A stretch of 64,000 nucleotides of DNA from an uncultured delta proteobacterium (GCA_963841435.1 CAWJCS010000005.1:960001-1024000), one strand, 5' to 3'. Shown: positions 30,532 to 41,006, numbered from the stretch's first letter. Made by a program: numbers and translations. The notes: a model not told the origin generated them from the sequence alone.

Positions 30532-31488
30532 CTAGGCCGCCGCGTCGCGGCGCCCGGCGCGCTTCACCGCCGACGGGGCCACGCCGAGGACCCGCACGAA
30601 GGAGCTTCTCAGGCGGGCGCTCGAGCCGAAGCCCGTCGCGAGTGCAACGTCGTTTATCGACGCGGCCCCACTCTCGAGCGCGGCTTGCGCCGCCTCGACG
30701 CGGAGCTTCTCGACGGCGTGGGCGGGCGTGACGCCGAGGTCGGCCGTGAACGTGCGAGCGAAGTGCCGCGGGCTCATGCCCACCTCGGCCGCGAGATCCT
30801 CCACGTGCCACGGCGCCGCGAGCTCGGCGCGCACGGCGTCGAGCAGCGCCAGAAAGCGCCCCCCGCCGCCCGCGAGCTCGAGCAGCGCCGAGTATTGCGA
30901 CTGCCCGCCCGGACGCCGATGGTAAACGACGAGCTCGCGCGCCGTGCGGCGTGCGAGATCCTCGCCGAAATCCGCCTCGATGAGCGCGAGCGCCAGATCG
31001 ATGCCGGCGCTGATGCCCGCCAACGTCCAGATCTTCCCTGAGCGCACGTAGATGCGGTCGGCGTCGAGGTGGACGCGCGGGAAGCGCCGCTCGAACTCCT
31101 GAGTGCGGCTCCAGTGCGTCGTGGCGCGACGGCCGTCGAGCAGGCCCGCCGCGGCGAGCACGAAGCTGCCGGAGCACACGCTGGTCAGGCGCCGCGCGCG
31201 CCGCGCGCAAAGACGCACGAAGCGCTCTGTCACCTGGCAGAGCGCCGCGCCGCGCGTGCCGAGGCCGCCCGCGACGACCAGCGTGTTGACTCTCGCGGGC
31301 GGTGGCAGGCGCGCGGCCGCGAGCCGCACGCCCGAAGAGCTGGCGACGAGACCGGGGTCGCGAGCGACAACGTCGAGCGCGTAGGATCCGGGGCGGAACC
31401 GCTCGGCGATCTCGAACGCCGCGATGGGACCCGCGGCGTCGAGCAGCTGGAAGTCGGGGAAGACCAGAAAGGCAACGCGGCGCCGCAT
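30532..31488 (-). CDS. GlxA-family AraC regulator with DJ-1/PfpI sensing domain
   Basis: SVCSG, ATTHW, GIDLALAL, RRPGGQSQYS, C-terminal AraC HTH (MSPRHFARTF; VALATGFG). Confidence 0.92.
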   Translation of the reverse strand: MRRRVAFLVFPDFQLLDAAGPIAAFEIAERFRPGSYALDVVARDPGLVASSSGVRLAAARLPPPARVNTLVVAGGLGTRGAALCQVTERFVRLCARRARRLTSVCSGSFVLAAAGLLDGRRATTHWSRTQEFERRFPRVHLDADRIYVRSGKIWTLAGISAGIDLALALIEADFGEDLARRTARELVVYHRRPGGQSQYSALLELAGGGGRFLALLDAVRAELAAPWHVEDLAAEVGMSPRHFARTFTADLGVTPAHAVEKLRVEAAQAALESGAASINDVALATGFGSSARLRSSFVRVLGVAPSAVKRAGRRDAAA

Positions 31489-31561
31489 GGCAGTAATTCT
31501 ATGATTAATGTCATTTAGGACAAGGCCGCGAGGTGACAGGCTCCGTTCCACGGAGGTTTTC

Positions 31562-32257
31562 ATGCCGGTTCACCCCATCGTGTTCCCACTGTTCGAAGGT
31601 CTGACGCAGCTCGACGCCATGGCGCCGCTCGAGGTGCTCTCCCGCGTGCCCGGCGCACGCCCGGTGCTCGCCTCGACCCGCGGGGGCGTGCTCGACGCGG
31701 GTCATGGCCTCAACTTCGCCGGCCTTGCCCGTCTTTCCGACGTGAAAGAATGCGAGGTGCTGTGCGTGCCGGGAGGCTACGGCACCGTCAGGATGCTGGA
31801 GGACGAAGAGTACCTTGGCGAGCTCCGGCGGCTCGCGGCGGGGGCGCGCTACGTCACCTCCGTGTGTACCGGGTCACTCTTGCTGGGCGCCGCGGGGCTC
31901 CTCCGCGGCAAGCGCGCGGCCTGCCACTGGGCATGGCGAGACCTGCTCGCCGAGCTCGGCGCAACGCCCGACCCGGCGCGCGTCGTGCGCGACGGCAACG
32001 TCATCAGCGGGGGTGGGGTCACCGCGGGCATCGACATGGCGCTCACGCTGGCAGCCGAGCTCGAGGGCCGCGACGTGGCCGAGGCCATCGCGCTCGCGGT
32101 CGAATACGACCCCGAGCCGCCCTTCGCGCCGGGCCGCCCCGAGCACGCGCGGCCCGAGGTGCTCGGCGTCGTGCTCGGCCGCCTCGAAGCGCTCGGCGGC
32201 GAGCGTCGCGCGGCCGTCGCGCGAGCAGCTGGGAGGCTCGCCGCGCTTTCGCCGTGA
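31562..32257 (+). CDS. DJ-1/PfpI family protein (isonitrile hydratase InhA-like)
   Basis: TQLD, VPGG.G, SVCTGSL, GGVTAGID, EYDPEPPF; GGAGG RBS; divergent from the GlxA regulator. Confidence 0.9.
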   Translation: MPVHPIVFPLFEGLTQLDAMAPLEVLSRVPGARPVLASTRGGVLDAGHGLNFAGLARLSDVKECEVLCVPGGYGTVRMLEDEEYLGELRRLAAGARYVTSVCTGSLLLGAAGLLRGKRAACHWAWRDLLAELGATPDPARVVRDGNVISGGGVTAGIDMALTLAAELEGRDVAEAIALAVEYDPEPPFAPGRPEHARPEVLGVVLGRLEALGGERRAAVARAAGRLAALSP

Positions 32258-32280
32258 CGCCCGCCGGGCGCCTTCGGGCC

Positions 32281-34236
32281 TCAGCGCTCGACGCCCTCGC
32301 CCGGCAGCCGCCCGAACGTGTGCATCGCAACGTCGAGGAGCCCCCCGCAACGCGAGAGACCGAGATCTTCGCGCTCGTGGGGGTCGCTCTCGAGGTCGTA
32401 GCACTTCCAGCCCGGGTCCCAGGAGCGCGCCTCGAGCTTGAGGTTTCGCTGCATCACGCCCCAGTTCTCGAAGGCACAGCTCCAGACGCCCGCGCAGTTC
32501 GTCATCGGGATCGGCTGCTCGCTGAGCGGCGGACGGAGCAGGCTGTGACCGTGCATCAGCGCGCGGTAGTCGCGGATCTTCGGATCGTCGAGCACGCCGA
32601 TCAGATCGAGAACGGTGGGCGCGAGGTCGACGTGAAAAAGGTACGCGTCGCGCTTCTGGCGCAAGCTCTGGATCTCGCCCTCGGTGAGCGTGCCGTCGGG
32701 CGCGTCGATCCACATCGGCACGCGCGTCTCCTCGTCGAAGATGCTGAAGGTGTGGCCCATCTGGCCGTGCTCGCGAAACGCCTCGGCGTGGTCGCTCGTG
32801 TAGACGATGACGGTGCGGGCGCCGGCGGGCGTTTCCCGCAGGTGCGTCAGCATGCGCGCGACGTGCTGATCCTGCTGGTAAACGGCGTTCTGGTAGTAGT
32901 TCAAGAACGCCCCGTTCTCGTCGGGCGCCTTGCTCGTCGTCGAGGGCTGGAAGGGCTCGGGGCCGTCGGGATCCACGTAGTACGGGTAGTGCACGTTCGA
33001 GAGCTGGATCACCGCGAGGAACGGCTCACTGAGCTCCCCGATCTCGCGGTTCACGTGATCGGCGAGCAGGTTCTCGGGCGCCCCCATGTCGAGATCTGCC
33101 GTGGGGTCGAGATCGGTGGCGCTGACGAACTTGTTGACCCCGAGGTTTTTCACCCACAGCCGGACGTTGCCGAACATCATGTTCTGGCTGGTCCAGAAGG
33201 CCGTATCGTAGCCGGCGGAGCGCGCGTAGTCGAAGATGAGCGGCCAGGTGTGCAACCGGTCGCGCGATTCGGTGGGGTCGAGCCCCGACCAGAGCACGGC
33301 GAGCGAGATCGCCGTGCAGGAGTCGACCGAGCGCATGCGCGTGAACGGGAAGCGACTGGGAAAGTAGCGGTTCGTGAACTCGGTGCGCCGGCAGGCGGGG
33401 TCGTGCTCGATGCACGTCGCGGTCGCCCGCACACTCTCGAGGATCACGAACACGACGTTGCGCGGCGGGGTGCCCGGCGCGCGCTCGAGCTTCGCCACGG
33501 GCATCGACTCCCTGAGGCGCGGCCGGAGCTGATTGGACTGCTCCGTGAAGCCGAATTGGGTGCGGAGCAGGCCACCGACCGCGTTCAAGTAGAGCACGTC
33601 CGGGGTCGAGGCCTGAAGGTGCCGGTTCTGCGTGGGGATGAAGAAGGTCGCGACGAGCACAAGGGGCGCGAGCACGGTGGCAACGCGCCCCGGCAGGCGA
33701 CGCGGCCGGATGGCGCGGCGCCCGAGCCAAAGCACACCGAGCGCGACCGCGAGCACCGGGAGCTTGGCGCGCAGATAGTTTCCGATGTCGGCGAAGAGCT
33801 GGTTGACGACGCTATCCATGAAGTTCGACGCGAACACCGAAACGTCGACGTTGAGGTAGGCGTGGTACTGCTCGAAAAAGTAGATCTGCCCGCCGATCGC
33901 GAACGTCGCGAAGACCGCGAACAGCACGCCGGAGATCGCGCGGGCCACGCCGCGCTGCCGGCACGCTGCATAGAGCAAGAGCCCCCACACGACCGTGCTC
34001 TCGACGAGCGCTGCGAGATAGGTGAGCCGGGACTCGCCGTCGAGGTGGAGAACACGATCGCTGCGCCGCGCAAGGTCCACGACGAGGACCAGCGCGGGAA
34101 CGGCGAGCAGCGTGGCGGCCGCGGCGTAGGGGCGAACGCGCGCCCAGCGCCTCGCGCGGGCCACGGCGCGCCGGGCCTGGGCGGGGTGAGCTCCCGAGGC
34201 GGCCCCGGGAGCGTGAGCGTCGTGGACTTGCTGCAC
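32281..34236 (-). CDS. Membrane-anchored sulfatase-fold transferase (phosphoethanolamine transferase / LTA synthase-like)
   Basis: N-terminal TM helices; NVVFVILESVRA, DSCTAISL, HYPY and YTSDHAE metal-site motifs; start uncertain. Confidence 0.8.
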   Translation of the reverse strand: MQQVHDAHAPGAASGAHPAQARRAVARARRWARVRPYAAAATLLAVPALVLVVDLARRSDRVLHLDGESRLTYLAALVESTVVWGLLLYAACRQRGVARAISGVLFAVFATFAIGGQIYFFEQYHAYLNVDVSVFASNFMDSVVNQLFADIGNYLRAKLPVLAVALGVLWLGRRAIRPRRLPGRVATVLAPLVLVATFFIPTQNRHLQASTPDVLYLNAVGGLLRTQFGFTEQSNQLRPRLRESMPVAKLERAPGTPPRNVVFVILESVRATATCIEHDPACRRTEFTNRYFPSRFPFTRMRSVDSCTAISLAVLWSGLDPTESRDRLHTWPLIFDYARSAGYDTAFWTSQNMMFGNVRLWVKNLGVNKFVSATDLDPTADLDMGAPENLLADHVNREIGELSEPFLAVIQLSNVHYPYYVDPDGPEPFQPSTTSKAPDENGAFLNYYQNAVYQQDQHVARMLTHLRETPAGARTVIVYTSDHAEAFREHGQMGHTFSIFDEETRVPMWIDAPDGTLTEGEIQSLRQKRDAYLFHVDLAPTVLDLIGVLDDPKIRDYRALMHGHSLLRPPLSEQPIPMTNCAGVWSCAFENWGVMQRNLKLEARSWDPGWKCYDLESDPHEREDLGLSRCGGLLDVAMHTFGRLPGEGVER

Positions 34237-34483
34237 GGCTGTCGAGCCGGGCAGTTTAGATCCACAGTCACGATCTTGTCGCGGAAATGGCACGCGATCG
34301 GCGCGTTCGCGCAATCGTCACGAAGCGCTCCGCACGAGTCACCGGTCCCCGCTGCGCGCTGCGTCAAAAAACCCCGGCCGCGTCGGGGCCGCGCGTGTTT
34401 GGCGCTCACGAAGGGGCTTCACGACACATGACGAGCTCGGGTGGACGCCTCACCTGGTTTACGCGACGCTCTGCGGCCTCGTC

Positions 34484-36673
34484 ATGCTCGACCACCGACT
34501 CGCACTCGTTTTCGTCGTCGTGATCGGCTGTGCCGCAGGACCTCCCAAGGCTCTCGATGCCGGGCCGCGCCCGCCCGCGGCGCCCGCTGCCACGGGGAAC
34601 GCGGCGCCCGCCCCCGAGACGGGAGTGACGCCCGCCCTTGCCTACCCGAAGACGCGCACCGTCAACACCGTGGACGTGCTCCACGGCGTCCGCGTGAGCG
34701 ATCCGTATCGCTGGCTCGAGAATGCGGACTCCGACGAGGTGCGCGCCTGGGTCGACGCCGAGAGCGCCCTCGCCCGACGCGAGCTCGACGCGCTGCCGGA
34801 GCGTGCCGCGCTCATCGGCCGATTTCGCGAGCTCTACGACATCGAGCGGGTGGGCGCGCCGCTCAAGCGCGGTGGGCGCTACTTCTGGGGGCAGAAGAAC
34901 GTCGGCCAAGAGAAGAGCACCGTGATGGTGAAGCGCGGCAAGCGCGGCAAGCCCGAGGTGCTGCTCGACCCGAACACTTGGTCGGCGGACGGCAGTGTCT
35001 CGCTCGGCTCCTACGCCGTGAGCAACGATGGCAAGACCGTCGTCTACCAGGTGAAGCAAAACAACTCCGACGAAGCCACGCTCGAGCTCATCGACGTGCG
35101 GACGAAGAAGAAGCTCCCCGATACGATCCCCGGCGCGAAGTACACCTGGCGCGCGTCCTTCACCCCGCGGGGCGACGGCTTTTACTACGTGCAGATCCCG
35201 CCGCTCGGCGGTGAGGTGACCGTCGCGGATCGACCCGGCCTCGCAGAGATCAAGTTCCACCGCCTCGGCACCGATCCCGCGAGCGACCCGGTCGTCCGCG
35301 ACGCCACGCACGATGCGAAGACGTTCCAGGCCGCGAGCCTGTCTCACGACGGCCGCTTCCTCCTCGCCACGGTGAGCCACGGCTGGGCGAAGACCGACCT
35401 TTACTTCGAGGATCTTCACGACAAAAAGCCGACCTGGAAGCCGCTCGTCGCCGGGGTTTCCAACGTCTACTACGCCGATGTCTTCCGGGGGCGCTTCTAC
35501 GTCGTCACCGACGAGGGCGCGCCGCACTACCGGGTGTTCGCCGTCGACCCCCGGCACGTCGAGCGCGAGCATTGGCAGGAGATCGTAGCGGAGCGCCCCG
35601 ACGTGACGATCGACAGCGTGTCCATCGTCGGCGGCCACCTCGCCCTCGTTACCATCAAGGACGTCGTCGAGAATCTCGAGATCCGAACGATCGACGGCAA
35701 GCTCGCCTATCAGGTGGAGCTGCCCGGGCAGGGCAGCGTTTCCCTCACGGGAAGCGAGGACGAGGACGAAGCGTATTTCTCCTTCCAGTCCTTCGCGCGT
35801 CCGCCCGAGATCCACGAGCTCACGATGCGCTCGGGCAAGACCGAGCTCACCTATCAGACGAAGGTGCCCGCCGACCCGTCGAAAGTCGTCACCGAGCAGC
35901 TCTTCGCCACCTCCCGGGACGGCACGCAGGTGCCCTTCTTCGTGCTCCGGCCGCGCGGCGCGTCGGACGACGGGCGCGCACCCGCCATCCTCTACGGCTA
36001 CGGAGGATTTTCCGTGGCGATCACACCCGGCTTCTGGACGGGCGCGTTCCCCTGGCTCGAGCGTGGGGGCGTCTATGTCATCGCGAACCCGAGGGGCGGC
36101 AGCGAATACGGTGAGACCTGGCACCAGGCGGGCATGCGGCACCAGAAACAGCACGTCTTCGACGACTTCATCGCCGTCGGCGAGGAGCTCGTGAAGCGCA
36201 AGATCACGAGCCCCGACCGCCTGGTCATCCAGGGCGCGTCCAACGGCGGGCTGCTGGTGGGCGCGGCCATGACCCAGCGGCCGGAGCTGTTCAGCGCCGT
36301 GCTCTGCGGCGTGCCGCTGCTCGACATGCTGCGCTACCAGCTGTTCGGCTCGGGCAAGACCTGGATCGAGGAATACGGCACCGCGGACGACCCCGACGAC
36401 TTTCGCGCGCTCTACGCGTACTCGCCCTACCACCACGTGACGCGCGGCACGCGCTACCCGGCGGTGCTCCTGCTCTCCGCCGACAGCGACGACCGCGTCG
36501 ACCCGATGCACGCGCGAAAGTTCGCCGCCGCGCTGCAGGCGGCGTCGAACGGCGGGCCGGTTTTGCTCCGCATCCAGAAGAACGCCGGCCACGGCGGCGC
36601 GGACAAGATCCAGTCGCTCGTCGAGGAGCGCGCCGACGCCATGGCGTTCGCCCTCGCCCACGTCGCACATTGA
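34484..36673 (+). CDS. Prolyl oligopeptidase (S9A), exported lipoprotein
   Basis: DPYRWLE, YGYGGF, RGGSEYG, GASNGG nucleophile, DDRV, GHG; lipobox VIGC. Confidence 0.95.
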   Translation: MLDHRLALVFVVVIGCAAGPPKALDAGPRPPAAPAATGNAAPAPETGVTPALAYPKTRTVNTVDVLHGVRVSDPYRWLENADSDEVRAWVDAESALARRELDALPERAALIGRFRELYDIERVGAPLKRGGRYFWGQKNVGQEKSTVMVKRGKRGKPEVLLDPNTWSADGSVSLGSYAVSNDGKTVVYQVKQNNSDEATLELIDVRTKKKLPDTIPGAKYTWRASFTPRGDGFYYVQIPPLGGEVTVADRPGLAEIKFHRLGTDPASDPVVRDATHDAKTFQAASLSHDGRFLLATVSHGWAKTDLYFEDLHDKKPTWKPLVAGVSNVYYADVFRGRFYVVTDEGAPHYRVFAVDPRHVEREHWQEIVAERPDVTIDSVSIVGGHLALVTIKDVVENLEIRTIDGKLAYQVELPGQGSVSLTGSEDEDEAYFSFQSFARPPEIHELTMRSGKTELTYQTKVPADPSKVVTEQLFATSRDGTQVPFFVLRPRGASDDGRAPAILYGYGGFSVAITPGFWTGAFPWLERGGVYVIANPRGGSEYGETWHQAGMRHQKQHVFDDFIAVGEELVKRKITSPDRLVIQGASNGGLLVGAAMTQRPELFSAVLCGVPLLDMLRYQLFGSGKTWIEEYGTADDPDDFRALYAYSPYHHVTRGTRYPAVLLLSADSDDRVDPMHARKFAAALQAASNGGPVLLRIQKNAGHGGADKIQSLVEERADAMAFALAHVAH

Positions 36674-36694
36674 GCCGCGCGCGCCCGCGCGGCC

Positions 36695-37504
36695 TCAGAT
36701 CTCGGTGAGCCAGCTCGTGAGCAGGTAGTTCGCAACGAGTGTCGTCACGGCGCTCAGCACGACGGCGCGCGTCGTCGCCTCGCCGACGCCCTTGGCGCCG
36801 CCGCTCGCATAAAACCCCTGCGCGCAGGAGATCGCCGAGATCAAAAATCCGAAGACCAGGGCCTTGATCTCACCCATGTAAAGGTCGCTCGGCACGAGGT
36901 ACTTCTCGATGTTGGCGAGGAAGATGCCGGGGTCCACGCCGAGCCAGTTCACGCTCACCACCCAGGCTCCCATCATGCCCACACAGCTGTACAGAATGCA
37001 GAGCAGCGGAAGCATGAGGACGCTCGCGAGCAGCCGCGGCGCCAACAGGTATTGAGCGGGGCTCACGCCCATCGTCACGAGCGCGTCGATCTGCTCGGTG
37101 ACGCGCATGTTGCCGAGCTCGGCGGCCATGGCGCTGCCCGCGCGCGCCGTCACCATCAAGGCAGCGAACACCGGGCTGATCTCGCGACACAGGGAAACGG
37201 CGACGATCGAGCCCACCACGCCCTCGGCGCCGAACTGTCGCAAACTGTGCACCGTCTGCAGCGAGAGCACCATGCCGCTGAACATGCCGGTCAGCGAGAT
37301 GATGAAGATCGATTTGACGCCGATGAAGTCCATCGCCAAAAAGAGCTGCATGAGCCGGTAGGGGGGCCGCACGGCCCACGCAAGCGTCTGGCCCGTTAGG
37401 AGCAGCACGGTTCCTATCCGATCGAGCAACGAGAGGAACGGGGCCGCGAGGAGCGCGAAAAAGCCGGTGTCGTCGTCGGAAAGCGCGTCCTCGTCGGCTG
37501 CCAC
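36695..37504 (-). CDS. mlaE: MlaE-family ABC transporter permease
   Basis: REISPVFAALMVTARAGSAMAAELGNMRVTEQIDAL, GGAKGVGEATT. Confidence 0.92.
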   Translation of the reverse strand: MAADEDALSDDDTGFFALLAAPFLSLLDRIGTVLLLTGQTLAWAVRPPYRLMQLFLAMDFIGVKSIFIISLTGMFSGMVLSLQTVHSLRQFGAEGVVGSIVAVSLCREISPVFAALMVTARAGSAMAAELGNMRVTEQIDALVTMGVSPAQYLLAPRLLASVLMLPLLCILYSCVGMMGAWVVSVNWLGVDPGIFLANIEKYLVPSDLYMGEIKALVFGFLISAISCAQGFYASGGAKGVGEATTRAVVLSAVTTLVANYLLTSWLTEI

Positions 37505-37614
37505 GCGTCGGTCTTACCAGCCCGACGAGCGGGCACCAAACCGTTCTCCCCGCTCGCGGGCCTCGCGCGTGGCTATGAGACGCCTCGCGGGCTCGCCCGG
37601 TTGCGAGATGCGCT

Positions 37615-38070
37615 CTAGCCTGCCGCGAGCGCCCGGAGGACTGCCGTCGAGCGCTCGCCGGTCGCGCGCACGCGGGCGCGGCGCGGATCGAGGGCGAGCT
37701 CGACAATCAGCGCGTCACCGCCGAGCACGCCGACGTACGGCTCGCCCCATTCGACGACGAGCAGGCGACCGTCGTCGCGCTGGGCGTCGAGGCCGAGCCC
37801 GCGCACGTCGCGTTCGTCACGCAGCCGGTAAAGATCGGCGTGCGACACGGGCGGCTCGGTTTCGTGCTCGTGGACGAGGGTGAAGGTGGGGCTCGGCACG
37901 CGCACCCGCGCCGGCAGGCCGAGTGCTCGGCAGAGCGCACGCGCGAGGAACGTCTTGCCGCTGCCGAGCGGGCCGCTCAGGACGACGAGGTCGCCGGCCG
38001 CGAGCTCGGGCGCGAGCCGGCGCGCCAGGTCGCGCGTCGCGCGCCGCGTGGGCAGCTCCACTTCAATCAT
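37615..38070 (-). CDS. tsaE: tRNA threonylcarbamoyladenosine biosynthesis ATPase TsaE
   Basis: LSGPLGSGKT, VPSPTFTLV, HADLYRL, VVEW. Confidence 0.95.
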   Translation of the reverse strand: MIEVELPTRRATRDLARRLAPELAAGDLVVLSGPLGSGKTFLARALCRALGLPARVRVPSPTFTLVHEHETEPPVSHADLYRLRDERDVRGLGLDAQRDDGRLLVVEWGEPYVGVLGGDALIVELALDPRRARVRATGERSTAVLRALAAG

Positions 38071-39854
38071 GGCGCGGCGGGCTCCCCCAGAACCACGCCG
38101 AGGTGCCGTGGCAAAACGCGCGCGCCGCCGAACCCGCGCGCGGAGCTGGTCCAGAGCTCCGCCTTCGCGGTCGCGAGCGCGTCGCGCGCGCGGCTGCGAA
38201 GCGCTTCCACGTCCTCGCCGCGAGCGACCCCGTTCGTGGGCAGCGCCTCGAGCGCGAGCGCCGCGAGCACTGCCGCGTCGTGCCCGAGCGCTTCGTACCA
38301 GCCGCCCGTGGGGGCCTTCGCGGGGTAGCTCCCCGTTTCGATCGCCAGGGCTCTCGCACCGAGCTCCGGCAGCACCGCGCTCGCGTCCAGTCCGAGCGCC
38401 ATCGACCAGCCGAGGCTCCCCGCAGAAAGCTCCGTCGAGATGTCGCGCGCGCACTGCTCGCCGCCCGTGACGAGAAGGGCGTCGACGCCCGTCTTCTTCC
38501 AGGTTCCGAGCGGAAAGCGCGCGCGCCCGGGCGAGGCCGGCTCGACATCGCACGAGAAGCCGCCGGGACCCACCCGCTCGACGTGGTGCGCGCCGCGCTG
38601 GGCCAGCGCCTCCTCGAGCGCATCGGCGACGGTTCGATCGTCGAGACCGAGCACGAAGGTAAAGCCGTGCTCCGGCGGCGGCGACGGCAGCGCGCGCAGC
38701 AAAAGCAGCGGGATGCCGAGCGTCTCGGCCTGGGCAGCCGCTCGCGCCGCGCTCTCGTCGTCACCACCCGCAACGATGAGGCTCGCGCCGTCTGCCGTGA
38801 GCGCCGAGAACGCGGCGGGCACGTCGTCGGTGCCGTAGCGCACGAGCAGCTCCACGCGCCGATCTCCCCGATTCTTCGTCGCGCCGAGCGCTCGTGTCAT
38901 GCCTTCGCTCACCGTCGTCGCGCGGCGGCGCTCGAGCGAGGTCCCGATGCCGAGCAAAAGACCCACGGCACGCCCCGCCACCGACGGCGCGCGCAATCCG
39001 CTCGACGCGAGCTCGACGAGGCGGCGCCCGTCCGGAGTGCCGCGAAGCGCTGCGGGGGCGACCTCGAGCAGGCGCTGCGCGAGCGGCGAGGCCGAGCGCT
39101 CGAGCGCCGCGCGCGTGAGCGCCGTCACGATGGTGTCGACGAGCCATTCCCGCCCGCTCGCGAGATCCTGGCGCGAACCGGAAACCTGCCTGAGCCCCGG
39201 GAGGGCAGCGAGCAGGTCGTCGGTCGGCACGAGCCCAATGAGCTTGGCCGCCGTCTGCCGCGCGCGCACCTGCCGGTCCGGCGGAGATTGCACGAGCCAA
39301 TCGAGCAGCGCAGTGAGCGCGACTTCGTAGTTGCCCGAGAGAAAGGCGGTGCGCGCCCGCTCCTCTCCGTACACGAAGCGCTCGTCGAGATCGATGATGC
39401 GTCCGCTCAGCGCGTCGAACACCGCCAGCGCACGGCGCGTCTCCCCCTCACGCGACAAGATCGCGGCTTCGGCGACGCGCGCGAAATCCCGCTGCGAGCC
39501 TCGGGGGCCATGAAGGATGGGCGCGATGAGCTCTCGAGCGCGCGCCCGCTCGCCGCGCTCGAGCAGCGCGAACGCGCTGTAGATGCGCACGTCGTCGGCT
39601 CGCTCGTCTTTGGGGTTGCGCGCGAGGAAGCCCTCGAGCTCGGCGGCAAGGGACGCGCGCCCGGCTGCGTCGGCGTCGAAGAAGCGCGCCCGGAGAGCTC
39701 GAAACTCCGTCTGCGGCCCCGTCGCGCCAGACAGCGACGCTTCGAGCGGCGGCGGCCGAGAGTCCGACGCGCAGGCGACCGAAAGCGTTAACGGAAGGGC
39801 CAGGACGGCGAGGGAGACCAGGGGCGGGCGAGGCACGGTGCGCGACACGGTCAT
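38067..39854 (-). CDS. Lipoprotein with N-terminal TPR-like region and C-terminal periplasmic-binding-like region (LpoA/LppC-like architecture)
   Basis: Lipobox SVAC; helical repeats, then VGLLL...; WYEALGHDAA and GFGG near the end; stop overlaps the tsaE start. Confidence 0.55.
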   Translation of the reverse strand: MTVSRTVPRPPLVSLAVLALPLTLSVACASDSRPPPLEASLSGATGPQTEFRALRARFFDADAAGRASLAAELEGFLARNPKDERADDVRIYSAFALLERGERARARELIAPILHGPRGSQRDFARVAEAAILSREGETRRALAVFDALSGRIIDLDERFVYGEERARTAFLSGNYEVALTALLDWLVQSPPDRQVRARQTAAKLIGLVPTDDLLAALPGLRQVSGSRQDLASGREWLVDTIVTALTRAALERSASPLAQRLLEVAPAALRGTPDGRRLVELASSGLRAPSVAGRAVGLLLGIGTSLERRRATTVSEGMTRALGATKNRGDRRVELLVRYGTDDVPAAFSALTADGASLIVAGGDDESAARAAAQAETLGIPLLLLRALPSPPPEHGFTFVLGLDDRTVADALEEALAQRGAHHVERVGPGGFSCDVEPASPGRARFPLGTWKKTGVDALLVTGGEQCARDISTELSAGSLGWSMALGLDASAVLPELGARALAIETGSYPAKAPTGGWYEALGHDAAVLAALALEALPTNGVARGEDVEALRSRARDALATAKAELWTSSARGFGGARVLPRHLGVVLGEPAAP

Positions 39855-39868
39855 GGTAGCGTGCCCGG

Positions 39869-40501
39869 GTGGCGCAAAGTAGCCTCCCCCACCCCCCGGG
39901 GCGGGCGCTCGAGCGCGCCTTCGAGCTCACGAGCGTCGCGCCCCTCGCGGTCCTCGCGGTGCTCCACGTCGCCGACTACGGCCGGGTGCTCCTCGGCGTC
40001 GAAAGCGTCGGCGCACGGCGCGCGCCCCCGGCCTTTCTGATTGGCGCCGAGGCGCTTTTCGTCTGGCTGCCGCTCGCCTTCCACGCGCTCTACGGCGTGC
40101 GCGTCTGGCTCGAACGCCGCGCGCGGGAGACGCCCGCGCCGGGTGCCGTGGGGCTGCTCGCCCTGCATCGGCTGACGGGCGCCGCGGCCGGGCTCTTCCT
40201 CATCGAGCATTTCGTGCGCTTCCGTCTGCCGATCCTGCGCGGCGAGGAGTACCCGTCCGACGCGGTCCAGCGCCTGGCAGCCGAGCTCTCCTCGACCCGG
40301 GGCGGCGTGCCGCTCGTCGGGGTCGCCGAGCTGTTCGGGGTGCTAGCGGTCGCGTATCACCTGGGTTATGGGCTCTACCGCGTCGCCGTTCGCCGCGCCG
40401 GCACGAACGGGCCGCGCGCGGCCCGGATCGCCGCAACCGTCGTCGGCGTGCTCGTCGGGCTCGTCGCGGCAGCCACGATCCTCGAGCTATCGGGCGGCTG
40501 A
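39869..40501 (+). CDS. Succinate dehydrogenase cytochrome b558 (SdhC)-like membrane protein, stand-alone
   Basis: About five TM helices with His in LAVLH, LPLAFHALYG, FLIEH and AYHLGYGL, as in type-B SdhC. Confidence 0.6.
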   Translation: MAQSSLPHPPGRALERAFELTSVAPLAVLAVLHVADYGRVLLGVESVGARRAPPAFLIGAEALFVWLPLAFHALYGVRVWLERRARETPAPGAVGLLALHRLTGAAAGLFLIEHFVRFRLPILRGEEYPSDAVQRLAAELSSTRGGVPLVGVAELFGVLAVAYHLGYGLYRVAVRRAGTNGPRAARIAATVVGVLVGLVAAATILELSGG

Positions 40502-40571
40502 CCCGGGAGCGCGCCCCGCGAGCCTGCCTGCACCCCGCCGGCTCGCGTGGTATGCGGGCGGAGCCCGGACC

Positions 40572-41006
40572 ATGCCAAAGTGCTACCTGCTCGCGATTTC
40601 GGGCGGCTCGAGCCTCGATCAGCATTCGAACAACATCACGTTGTTCAACCTGGTCGAGCAGCTCAACTACCCGAAGCATGCGCCGCCGGCGCCTGGCAGT
40701 TTTCTGCCCCTCGAGATGCATGCTTACTTCCAGCTCGAGCCCGGCGAGCTGAACCAGCGCTTCGAGCTCAGATTCGTGCTCGTCGCCGAGAGCGGGCTCG
40801 AGTCGCCGACCGAGCCCTTCGGCCACAAGTCGGCGACGCTGCGCTACCGCACGCGAGCGTTCGGTATCCCCGCACCGCTCCTGGCGGGCGCCTACACGCT
40901 CCGTGTCGATTCGCGCCCCGCGGGCAGCGAAACCTGGCAGCGCGACGTGCTCTCCTGGCCGCTCACCGTCGTCCACGCAGAGCCGCGGCCCACCGTCACC
41001 CACTGA
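40572..41006 (+). CDS. Hypothetical beta-sandwich protein
   Basis: Clean ORF; stop overlaps the folB start (TGATG). Confidence 0.7.
   Translation: MPKCYLLAISGGSSLDQHSNNITLFNLVEQLNYPKHAPPAPGSFLPLEMHAYFQLEPGELNQRFELRFVLVAESGLESPTEPFGHKSATLRYRTRAFGIPAPLLAGAYTLRVDSRPAGSETWQRDVLSWPLTVVHAEPRPTVTH

Noticed and set aside
30419-30535. 38-aa ORF after nadA (MADPESSHV...)
   Set aside because: No RBS, motif or other support; likely spacer between convergent genes
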